Source of the DNA: Octopus sinensis
Taxonomy: Eukaryota
Length of the DNA: 64,000 nt
Direction of reading: 5' to 3'
Assembly (NCBI RefSeq): GCF_006345805.1
Contig: NC_043011.1
Coordinates: forward strand, 22,146,464-22,210,463
Shown here one piece after another: positions 1-10,868 of this stretch (the stretch's first letter is position 1; each line of letters begins with the position of its first letter). The notes beneath the pieces were generated by a model. That model ran no database searches. It was not told where the DNA came from and saw only the letters and a program-made list of their open reading frames with translations. Both the position numbers and the translations under genes were made by a program.

Positions 1-130
1 GGTAGTCACTGAGGATTCTACTAGTTCTTTCTGAAGCTATGCCTATAATTAAGTAGTTTGTCTTAGAGCTAAAATTGTTGAATAAATATTTTACAATGTT
101 GTTCATTTTACATGTATGTATATATATATA

Positions 131-278
131 TGAATGAGAAAAGGAAGAAAATGGAGAAACTGACATGCAGATATCAGTTTATTCAAAGATATGCAAATCC
201 ATATAATGAAATTTGAGTATCTTTGAGTAAACTGATGTCTGCATGTCAATTTCTCCATTTCCTTCCTTTGCTCATTCA
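131..278. repeat. 148-nt foldback: 68-bp inverted arms with a 12-nt loop
   Basis: Arm 131-198 versus the reverse complement of 211-278: 61/68 identical, no indels. Confidence 0.92.
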
Positions 279-387
279 GGATGAGAGGCAAAGTTGACCT
301 CAGTGGTATTTGAACTCAGAATCTAATGACAGACGATATACCACTAAGCATTTTGCCCAGCACACTAACAATTCTGCCAGCTTTCCA
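278..387 (-). mobile_element. Truncated tRNA-derived SINE (same family as 11108-11359)
   Basis: ggatgagaggcaaagttgacctcagtggtatttgaactcagaa...ctaagcattttgccc...ctaacaattctgccagc matches the head of the 11108-11359 copy. Confidence 0.8.
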
Positions 388-650
388 TATTAATAAAATG
401 AATAATAATAATGTAATATAAATAAAATGTCAAATGTTTTGGTGCATGACTTTTAGCATGTATTTCTAATGTCTTGCTTCCCTTTCTGCTACTTGATACT
501 GTTTTCTACCACTTCATTTCTTACAGTCTTTCCAGATCTGTCTTTCAGTTTTCATGTCTCTAACTGTAGTACTATTCCAACACCATATCATCTTCCATCT
601 GGATGAAATCTTACCCCATTTAGATATCTGATCTGTAGCCCTCAGTTTAG

Positions 651-1088
651 GAAGGAGCTTGCTTCATGATCCTGGGTTCAGTTCCACTATGTGGCACCTT
701 GGGCAAGTGTCTTCTACTGTAGCCCCAGGCCAGCGAAAGCCTTGTGAGCAGTTTTAATAGACATAAACTGAAAGAAGCCCATTATATACATACACACACA
801 TATGTATGTTATGTATGTATGGATGGATTATGTGAGTGTGTGTTTGTCTCTTTGTCTAGACATCGCATGAGAGTTGCAAAATGATTGTCACTATCATAAA
901 AACAGCGTTGTTCATTTCTAATATTATGTGAGAATACGTTTGACCATGGTGAAATATTACTTTGCATGGAAACAGGTGAGGGTTAGTGACAGGAAAGGAC
1001 TCCAGCCACAGAAAATCTACCTCAATATCTGTCCAACCCATGCAAGCTTGGAAAAGTGAACATTAAAACAATGATCATGATGATGATC
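651..1088 (+). mobile_element. tRNA-derived CORE-type SINE with tail
   Basis: gggttcagttcc B-box-like; tggcaccttgggcaagtgtcttctac resembles the CORE domain (gtgaccttgggcaagt); (gat)n end; many other copies in this window. Confidence 0.8.
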
Positions 1089-1094
1089 TTTCCT

Positions 1095-1920
1095 ACTGTC
1101 AGATGTATCATCTAGTGCTTCTCTGAACCTACAACTTGTTGGGTCTCTTTCAGCTTCTATATTTCCCTTCTCCAAGTTGAAACTTCCTTTAAGTTCTTAG
1201 TTTGAAGTAACAAATGACAAGTCCATTGTGAGTGGTTCATTCTTCCATGGAAAGATTTGTTTGTAACCATTTATTTGGCCAGTTTCCTGGTGAATATAAA
1301 TTCTAAGTAGTTTGTGTGTTTGCTTTGTAGGTGATTAGGTGTCTGGTTGGTTTCCTGTGGTTACCGTAGTAAATGGTTAGGTCATCTGCATTGCAGAACC
1401 CCAGAAGCCTTTATCCCCAATTCATTCCTTGTATCATATCCATGAGCACTATGTATACCAAGGACATCCAAACATGTTAATTAAATGATCAGTTGTGATT
1501 ATGTGGTCACAGTCATTCATTATCAAGGTAATCTGTGAAGGGGCCTCATAAAAGCTGTCCTTTGGTTCACCGGCTAACTTTTATCATGGTGTGTTTATAA
1601 AGATAAATGGCACTGTTGTGTTGTCTAATGCAACCTTAATTATTGTGATTTCCATTATTTTATCTATCTAGTTCTCTGCTAACAATATACTTCCTTCCTC
1701 TATTCAATCACTGTTACCTACCTATGAGAATTTGTATTTGTATAATTGTTCCTTGCTCATGTGGAATCTGATTTAGACTCATCTTGATCTTGCCACTTGA
1801 GTACAGCATGCATTTATTCAACTCTGCTCTAATACCTCTAATACCTCTCTACTTTCACTTGACCCAATTTCCATCATGCTGCCACTGACAGTGGCAGCTC
1901 TTAAGTTTTGGATTTGTGTC
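1095..1920 (-). mobile_element. Possible highly degenerate Penelope-like (GIY-YIG) retroelement remnant
   Basis: Minus strand near 1270-1145 gives VTNKSFHGRMNH...STWRREI*KLKE, reminiscent of the GIY-YIG pattern T.K.F..R.N.H...ST.LS..IWKLK; weak. Confidence 0.35.
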
Positions 1921-1951
<31 letters not shown>

Positions 1952-1989
1952 ATATAATCCTTTACTTAAACAATTAAAATCAAGTTAAT

Positions 1990-3608
1990 CTTTCACATAT
2001 ATGACTCAGTGGTCAGTGAGAGCTGTACAAGTCATGTACAAGGATGTTGTCAGTAAGGTGAGGGTTGGCAACTAATGAAGAATTCTAGGATCAGTCTTCA
2101 GCCCCATCTAATTCATCATAGTCCTTAGCAATAACAGAATTCAAGATAGGCTGCCCCTGGGAGCTCCTCTATGTTGATGACCTTGCACTAATAGCTGAGT
2201 CACTACCAGAACTAGAGCAGAAGTTTCAGGTGTAGAAGTAAGGTCTAGAATCAAAGGGCCTTAGCGTCAACCTAGCAAAAACCAAAGTCACATGAATCAC
2301 AAATCCCTTTAGGTAGATGACCCTGCTCAATTTGTAGAAAAGGTGTAGGTAGAAATTCCATAAGATGTACCTAGTGTAAGCTATGGACACATAAGAGGTG
2401 CAGCAATATTAAAGGAAGGTTAACTGGGAAGATGGTTTTTGTATGTGGCAGATGCACAGGTGCAATAAACACCAAAGATGTACAGAAAACTAATTCCATC
2501 ACATGCCAGGGAGTAAAACTAGAAGTAGTTGATAGCTTCCATTACCTAGGTGACCAAGTCAGTAGCAGAGGTGGATGCTCTGATAGTATAGCTGCCAGAA
2601 TAAGAATAGCCTGGACAAAGTTCAGAGAGCGCCTACCTCTGCTGGTAACAAAGGGTCTCTTGCTCAGAGTGAAAGGTAGACTACATGATGCCAGTGTGCA
2701 AACAGCCATGCTACACAGCAGTGAAACATGGGATGTGACTGCTGAGGACATGCATAAGCTTGAAAGAAATGAAGCTAGTATGATCCGTTGGATGTGTAAT
2801 GTCAGTGTTCATACACAACAGAGTGTAAGAGCCCTGAGAAAAAAGTTGGACTGAAGAAGCATCAGAGGTGGTGTGCAAGAGAGACGACTGTGTTGGTATG
2901 GTCATGTGTTGTGTATGAATAAGGACAGCTGAGTGAAGAAGTGCCACACCCTGACAGTGGAGGGAACTTGTGGAAGAAGTAGACCGAAGAAGACATGGAA
3001 TGTGGTAGGGAAGCAGAACCTTCCAATGTTGGGCAACACAAAGGCAATGACAAATGACCAATATACTGTACTTGAGAAAACCCGGCAAGCTAAGTCAGCT
3101 CGTAGCCATGGCTGATGCCAGTGTCACATAACTGGCCCATTTGAAAGTACCCTTCAATCATCAGGCAATATGTTGAGCTTGTGAAGACCTGTTGAACCAA
3201 GTGAAATCATAGTCATGGCTGATGCCAGTGCCACCTGACTGGCAGCTGTACATGTGACATGTATAATGCATCATTCAAGCATGACCAATGCCAGTGCTGC
3301 TTGAGTGGTACGTATAAAGCACCATTGGAACATGGTCAATGCCAGTGCCACCTGTCTGGCTCCTATGCCAGTAGCATGTAAAAAGCACCATTTGAGCATG
3401 GTCGATGTCGGTACTGCCTGACTGGCCCTCATGCTGGTGCCACTTAAAAAGCGCCCACTACACTCTCGGAGTGGTTGGTGTTAGGAAGGGCATCCAGTTA
3501 TAGAAACCTTGCCAAATCAGATTGGAGCCCGGTGCAACCTCCCAGCTTGGCAATCCTCAGTCAAACCAGCATCGAAAGCGGACGTTAAACGATGATGATG
3601 TTGATGAT
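1990..3608 (+). mobile_element. 5'-truncated RTE-clade LINE (RT C-terminal half, 3' UTR, (GAT)n tail); inactivated
   Basis: ELLYVDDLALIAES RT motif at 2161-2202; ORF 2432-2854 (YLGD...ARIRIAWTKF...MLHSSETW...RNEASMIRWMC); WYGHV and GRPKKTW motifs; stops and frameshifts; tail ends in gatgatgatg. Confidence 0.92.
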
Positions 3609-3759
3609 ATTGTGAAGCAGATGAGAAACAAATATCCTTTAAGCAGTATACTATCACATTTATTTTGCCCATAAATTTTGGTAACTATTTTCAACAGCTT
3701 CTAATTAATTTATTTTTCCATGATTAGGTCTAGAGAAAGGAGCTTTTGCAGAACCTGAC

Positions 3760-4180
3760 ATTAGGGCAATCAACACTGTTGAGGGTCTACTTGAATAGCT
3801 TGTAAACTGACAACTGCATGAAAAATACTGGCATGGAGAGAATTGAAGAAGGATGATACTATGAAACGGAAGACGGATTAGTACAATGTTGTATGTAGAC
3901 ACAATATGGTCGATGGGAATGAGCCTTAGGGAATGAGTGAAAATGACATGAAACCAGTTAGTTTGATAGAACAAAGGTCACCATAACTGAAGTAGAAAAG
4001 GCAAGGAGCAGAAACAACACTCCAACATCTGTAGGTCAAAGTTTGGCATGTGTGAGTAATTTGTGGAATAGCCGCACTGTTTTGATGTGAGGAAAGAATT
4101 CCATTATGAGTCTCACTTGAGCATGATCAAGGCAGTGATTCTCAAAGTAAAAAATTACATGGCAGGAAATAAACCAGAAA
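3760..4180 (-). mobile_element. Degenerate CR1/Jockey-like LINE 3' fragment
   Basis: Minus strand PCLFYFSYGDLCSIKLTGF resembles the LINE ORF2 C-terminal SLFYRYY.G.CS.EL motif. Confidence 0.5.
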
Positions 4181-4339
4181 ATTAAGAATTAATTCTGTAA
4201 TACACTATAACTGGTCAGTCTGTTTTGAGAAAACCATGTCCTTTTTTTCTATGCCAGGTATGCAATTTTCTTATTGTTTTTGCGTGGGAGTAAAAACGTA
4301 ATTGACTAAATTTATTAAATTGACTAGTAAATGACAGCA

Positions 4340-4710
4340 AGGTGAGTGGTTAAGAAGCCCACTTCGCAACCACGTGGTTTCAGGCACCTAGGGCAGATGT
4401 CTTCTACTATAACTCTGGGCCATTAATGTCTTGTGAGTGAATTCGGTAAACGGAAACTGTATAGAAACCTGTTGTGTATGAGTATGTATATATATATATA
4501 TATATATATATGGGTGTGTGAGCTTATTCCCCCACCTCTTGGACAATTGTATTGTTTGTTTACATTCTCCGTCGGCAGAAGAGATTAACGGAATAAGTAT
4601 CAGACTTATACATAAATAAGTACTGAGACTGATTTGTTCGACTGAACCCTTCAAGGCTGTGCCCCAGCACGGCCGCGGTCCTACGACAGAAACATGTAAA
4701 AGATAAATAG
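4340..4710 (+). mobile_element. CORE-type SINE copy with internal (TA)n
   Basis: gagtggttaagaag...cacctagggcagatgtcttctactataac...aaacggaaactg; tail shared with 29451 and 37752 copies. Confidence 0.75.
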
Positions 4711-6432
4711 AGTTAACAATAGTGGGGGTGGTGAACTATTTTTTGCCCTGAAAAGAAATTCAGTCTTTCTAAAGAAATCTGTTTTTTGCTGAGTGAAGAG
4801 AAGCAATATAAAATCCCACCACCCACCTAACACTATAAATGTTAACGACGTTGAAAATTTACCGTTGTGTCTAGCCAATAGAAAGCAATATCATAGTCTA
4901 AGTTTCAACAGAATTTTCTATTATTTGTCATAATCAGTGGAAAGAATGAGTAAATATTAGTAAGAGTTATCTCACTTTATACAATAACATTACGAATATA
5001 TACACGTGGGGACGAGTACTTGCTTGAGTGCTGAATTCATTTGTATGTTTGAAGGTATGTATAACATGTGTTGACATGTTCGAGAATTACAGAAAATAAT
5101 AAAAATGATTAATAAAATGATGTAGCTCATAACTACCCTTTATTCGTCGTGTGAAAAGTAACAAGGTAACACTACTCGATGTTAATATAACTCACACAAA
5201 TAGGTCTTTTTTTTTTATAGAATTAGCAGTGGGTGGATACGGTATGTTGCAACATTGATGTCTTTTGCAAGGGCATGACCGGGATTCGGCATTTTTATGT
5301 AAAGATGGTTTGGAGAGTGAAGACAGTAGAAATTTGCCACTGATTTATGCTGATGAGGAAAGAACATCGATGAAGTAATGGTGGAAACCGCCGTCGTTAT
5401 CATGAGAATGACTGTGATGACAATAGCAGTAAATGAAAAGGGAAAAGGCTGAGGTGATTGCAGTTGACATTGTCATGGTTACTATGTCCATATTTGTGGT
5501 GATAATCGAAGTGGGGGAAGGTTAAGGTGGGATCACATAATGATGATATTTGTAACAGTTACAATGGTGGTGGTAGTGCTGGTAGTAATTGTTATGAAGT
5601 CCCGTGGAAGCTCTTATCGTGCAGACTTAGAGAGCACGTAGGTAGTCGGTCTAACCGAGAATATTTGTTTAGAAGTGATGGTAGTGGTGGTAGCTGTGGA
5701 TGATGCTGTTGTAAATGGAACCAATTATCGTTGTTGAATGATTCAAACCAATTCCGCAAGAGCAAACCTAGACTATCATGGCAAATGCAAATCGCAAATA
5801 TATTATTCTACGAATACTTGGAGCTTCGGTGATCCCGACATTAATTGTGGTGGCAGTGGAGATAATAATAACATTGAGTTAGTGTATGATGAGAAGGAAT
5901 GTCTTAACCTTTAGAATTAAAAAAAAAAGCCTTTGTCAGAGGAAGCTGATGTTTCGATGTTTCTTTTTCTTTCTCTGCAAGCGACCAAACATTAATTTTA
6001 CTACTCTGACCGAGGTAGACTACCCTCTTATCCGTCCTCCAAGTTCTAGTGATTCCAAGCACGCACGTACACGCTCACACATATATTGTGACTACTACTA
6101 AAATTAACTGAGTTAATTACCGATTTATGGTATATATTTGATAGACAGAAAAACAAAACACACTTATGCAGGCGTTTGGGTGATTCCACACGTGTAGTAC
6201 AAATAATACTTTCTGGACCAATGAGGATGCTTCTGATTTCGAAGACTAATTAAACTGACTTCATTACCGTTTCGAAGTATAATTCATTAACAATAAAACA
6301 CCATAGGTTAGAATTTTTGCAGAGTCAAGCTTGTTGTTTCTGTAGCATCCCTTCTGTTTTGACTGAAGGTCATTGTTTACGTATGAATGTGACAAATTTA
6401 CCGCGCGCACACACACACTGGATTTAAAAATC

Positions 6433-6605
6433 GAGCTACAATTAGTTTCATGCCTCTGAAAATACAATGGTCGGATATTGTTGTTGCTTGAATAGCATGC
6501 TGTGTATTTTTTTTCTAAGCAATCATTCAGAGTTGGAAATACACAAGACGCTATACAAGCCTGTCCGGTCATTGTATATCCAGAGGCATGAAACTATAGT
6601 AACTC
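6433..6605. repeat. ~43-bp imperfect inverted repeats with ~88-bp spacer (MITE-like)
   Basis: gagctacaattagtttcatgcctctgaaaatacaatggtcgga versus tccggtcattgtatatccagaggcatgaaactatagtaactc. Confidence 0.75.
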
Positions 6606-6894
6606 TAATTCAAATCCTATGTATATTAAAAAGATATTTATCTCTCACTGGATGCAGTACTTTTGTGTTGATTTCACTAATAATGGAGTATAATATTTTA
6701 TACATATGTATGTATATCATACATGCTGTCATATAAGACATAAGACGCACATTTTCTATTTTTAAATGTGTCCAAAAATTGCCCTGCATCTAATGTAACA
6801 GTACTATGCATGGAAAATCAAGTGTCATTGTCTTGGGAGATGGACAAGCATAAGTTCACGCAAATACAAGTTTCACATCCTGTATGGCAATTTT

Positions 6895-7730
6895 CATCAT
6901 CATTATCATTTAACGTCCGTTGTCCATGCTGGTGTGGTTTGAATGCTTTGATCAGGGTGGCTTGCTGGAAGACTGCACCAGACTCCAGTCTGATTTGGCA
7001 TGGTTTCCTACAGCTGGATACCCTTCCTAACACCAACCACTCCAAGAGTATAATGGGTACTTTTATGTGCCACCAGCATGACATAGGGGCTTTTACGTGC
7101 CACTAGCACGAGTGCGATTTTGCTCAGCTTGATGGATTTTCTTCTCAAGCACGACATAATGCCAAAGGTCTTGGTCATTGCCTCTGTGAGACCCAAAACT
7201 TGAAAGGAACTCAACCACTTTGCCTCCCTGAGGCCCAACACTCGCAAGGAACTCACCCGTTTTGCCTCCGTGAGACTCAACACTCAAAAGGTGTTCTTCA
7301 TGTGCCACCAGAACAGATGCTCTTGGCTTGGGGGTCCTCTCAAACACAGTACATTGCCAAAGGTCTCGGTCACTAGTCATTACCTCTGCGAGACTCAAAG
7401 TTTGAAGATCATGCTTCACCACCTCGTTCCGTGTCTTCCTGGGTCTCCCTCTACACCAGGTACCCTTCACAGTTAGAGATCAGCACTTCTTTACACAGCT
7501 GTCTTCCATATGCATCACATGACCATACCAGTGCAGTCATCTCTCTTGCACACCACATCTGATGCTTCTTATGCCTAACTTTTCTCTCAAGATGCTTACA
7601 CTCTGTCGAACATGCACACTGACATTGCACATCCAGCGAAGCATACTGGCTTTATTTATTTCAAGCCTACGCATGTCCTCAGCTGTCACTTGTTTCATTG
7701 CCATGCAGCATAGCAATTTGCACACTGACC
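6895..7730 (-). mobile_element. RTE LINE 3' end (same family as 1990-3608)
   Basis: Minus strand TAEDMRRLEINKASMLRWMCNVSV...REKLGIRSIRCGVQER and GRPRKT; (cat)n tttaacgtcc tail at 6895. Confidence 0.9.
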
Positions 7731-7811
7731 AAAATAACCATACAGCTTACTTCAATGGATATAAAGTTGAGACAACTTATTGTTGATAATTTTCCTACAG
7801 TGTTCAAACCC

Positions 7812-8870
7812 ATGGCTGAAAAGCAAAAAGAGAACTGCTAAAATATCAAACTTAAGCTAAATCATATCACACGCAAAGAAGTATGGAATTAAGGCAGTTA
7901 CTTGATGTTTTGATCCATCACCAATTGCGAAAATAGTAAGGACTGGAAGAAAGCAAGAAGAGCTACTAGATATAGCTCTGTCTCTGTAGGGAAACTATAA
8001 AGAGGCCTGATTAGAAGAATTAAAAGCATGGGTGTCAGACTAGAGAAGTTTAGGTTTTCCAGTATCCACCAAAATGATTATGCATCGTTTAAGACTTATA
8101 GCAATGGCCTGATACCAATGATTTTAGACAGATTTATGACAGAATTACCTCTGTATTAGACCTAGAACAAGATAGGCAAAAAAAAAAATTCCCCCTGAAT
8201 ATGAAAATAAAATCAAAGTTTCACAGGTATATAATTCATGAAGAATAGAAGTTAATTTTGATATTTTACAGAGAGCAAATATAGACAAAGTTCCTTTACA
8301 TTTGATGTGCCATCAAACAAGGCAGTAGAATTCAAAGGTGCTAAATCTGTGACTGTTAAAACAGGTGGCCATGAGAAAACATAATACAACACAGTTGTAT
8401 TAGCATGCTGTGCCAATGGCACAAAATTGTACCTTTTTGTTGTTAAAAAAAAAATTGCCCAAAAAAAGAATGTTCAATGGGATTTATGTTATGGCCATCC
8501 AAAAAGGTTGGATGGATAAGAGAAGAATGAAATCGTGGCTTGAAAAATCTGATTCAGGTATTCTAGTGGGCTTTTAAAGAAACCTACCTTATTAGTGTGG
8601 GACCACTTTTGGACTCACAAGACTGAACATTTTAAGAGAAAAGCTGGAGAACTAATGACTCAATTAGTTGTAATTCCAGAAGGCCTGACCAATCAATTAT
8701 AGCTTTTAGATGTTTCAATCAATATACCGTTTATAGAATTCATACAGGAGTGGAACAAGTGGATGTAATCTTCAGATTTTGAAGTGACACCAACAGGGGG
8801 AAGGAAGAGGCCTACTATTACACAGGTTTGTGAATGGGTACAAAGTTAATGGAATACTATAAAAGAAGAG
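7812..8870 (+). mobile_element. pogo/Tigger-like DDE_1 transposase pseudogene
   Basis: KSVTVKTGGHEK, TVVLACCANGTKL, KKGWMD, LLVWDHFWTH, LVVIPEGLT..L..LDVSIN.PF, TPTG..KRP motifs; multiple stops and frameshifts. Confidence 0.88.
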
Positions 8871-9229
8871 GTGCCCTTGGTGGTATTGAGATGATTTACT
8901 GTTACTGTTTGGAGAAGATATTCTGACCCAGATACTATTACAAAGAATTCCAGTGATGAGAGTAACATGAATATCAACAGTGTAAATGAGAAATATAGGA
9001 AGAGGCTCAGGGAAAGTTCTTGTGGTAGAAATGCGAGGGCATTGATGGTAATAGCAAATAAGCTAGATGTCAGGAGAGAGAAGGTGCAGAATGAAACTGA
9101 TTGGAGGAGACAGTAGGTGGGGAAAATAATGAGAAATGGAAGTGGTTTAGGGTGTGAAAGAAAGGTAACTGAGAAAAGCACAGGATGTAATGTGTGCTTA
9201 TTCTGCTCTCAGTGGGTAGAGAAGTGATG

Positions 9230-10260
9230 GGTGTTAGGGGATAAAATATGGAGGAAAAAATTGATGAGCAGAGTGCTCAGGGTAGGTCAGAGCCCTTCAC
9301 AGACAAGCACTACCAAAGTGGTTTTAGGATATCAGTTCTGCTGTAGTAAGCAGGCCTCCTTGAGTACAGCAAGGTGCCAGATATCTTGGTCCTTTGTTAT
9401 CTCATTTGTAAGGCTCAGCATCTTGAGATCAGCCTTCAATACTTGTTCCATATCTTCCTGAGTTTCCCTCTTCCACATGTTCCATCCACTTTAAATGATC
9501 AGCACCTCTTTATGCAACTGTCCTCACACATGACCAAACCAGCACAGTCTTCTATCTTGCACACTGCTCTAATTTATCTAAATTTTTTCGCAGTACACTA
9601 GTACTCTGTCACACATGTATACTGGCATTACATATCCAGTAGAGCGTACTATCTTCATTCTTCTCTAGTCTTCATGAATCAAAATTCTAATCTCCTTCAA
9701 AGTAGGATCCTCTAACTTCAGTGCACTTGTAGCATTCCAGCTACTTTGTGATGTCCTCCAAAATGAAGGTGTCCAGGAGCCTCCTTCGTTTTCTCCTTCA
9801 GCTTGGGGAACAACTAAAAGTCACAAAAAGCAAGGTCTAAACTGTAGGGAGAATGAGAGTCAGTTTTGATGTCCATCTCTGTCAAGCAGTTGGTTACTAG
9901 GACAGAATTGTGGACTGGCGCATTGTTCTGGTGCAGGTGTCACCAACCTAAGTAGAAGAGCTCTGGCCTTTTGTGATGAAATCTCCCCTTGAACTCCCTC
10001 AAAACCTCCACAAAGTACTCTTTGTTGACTGTCTAACCAAAGGGAACCCAGTGGATGTAGATGATGTCCTTGCTGTCAAAAAAGGAATCATTATGAGCTT
10101 TCCAGTGGGCTTGTTTTGCCTGGCCTTTTGTGCCAGTAAAAAACAGATGTCCAGCTCATTCAAGTTGATCCCTGAGCTGTCTAGAGTATTTTACCAGTTT
10201 AACACAAAACCTTGTAGCATAGTGAACTTCCAAATTCTCTTCACATCCCGATTGTATTCT
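9230..10260 (-). mobile_element. Degenerate RTE-like LINE fragment
   Basis: Contains cacatgaccaaaccagcacagtc (reverse of the LxWFGHV motif) and other RTE-like segments; heavily decayed. Confidence 0.5.
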
Positions 10261-10460
10261 CCAAACTAGCCAGCTATGATAAGCAGTGTTTAGTAGAATG
10301 TGTTCAAAGTGTTGTTATAGTTGTTTCCTTCAATCTGGAATAATAAAAGTTGGCAGGTCAGCTTATTATATGTGTAGTAATTATATCAAAATTGCAATAC
10401 TCTAGGACAGTTATAATTACCGCTCCTAAAACACTCACAAAACTTCTGGAAAGTACCTCG

Positions 10461-10488
<28 letters not shown>

Positions 10489-10491
<3 letters not shown>

Positions 10492-10643
10492 TCACGGAGT
10501 GGTTGGCGTTAGGAAGGGCATCCAGCCGTAGAAACACTGCCAGATTTGACTGGGCCTGATGAAGCCTTCTGGCTTCACAGACCCCAGTAGAACCGTCCAA
10601 CCCATGCTAGCATGGAAAACGGACGCTAAATGATGATGATGAT
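10489..10643 (+). mobile_element. Young 5'-truncated retroposon tail ending in (GAT)n, between two (TA)n runs
   Basis: ggagtggttggcgttaggaagggcatccagcc...ccaacccatgctagcatggaaaacggacgctaaatgatgatgat; (TA)n at 10461-10488 and 10642-10663. Confidence 0.9.
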
Positions 10644-10665
10644 ATATATATATATATATATATGT

Positions 10666-10805
10666 ATCATCATTATCATAATCATCATTTAACGTCTGTT
10701 TTCCATGCTGGCATGGGTTGGATAGTTTGACTGAAAACTGGTAAGCTGGGAGCTGCCCTTCCTAACACTAACTACTCCAAGAGTGTAGTTGGTGCTTTTT
10801 ATGTA
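10666..10805 (-). mobile_element. Older copy of the same retroposon tail, inverted relative to 10489-10643
   Basis: catcatttaacgtctgttttccatgctggcatgggttgga...cccttcctaacac. Confidence 0.82.
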
Positions 10806-10868
10806 CCATACATACATCATTATTTACTGTCTGTTTTTCATGTTGATATATATATAAATATATATATA

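Noticed and set aside
5200-5880. ORF-like GAT/GGT/GTA-rich stretch
   Set aside because: Degenerate trinucleotide low-complexity sequence with no coherent frame
10556-10580. CTGATGAAGCCTTCTGGC hammerhead-like core in the retroposon tail
   Set aside because: Followed by TTCAC instead of GAAA; sister copies read CTGATGCAG or CTGGTGCAG, so it is a chance substitution
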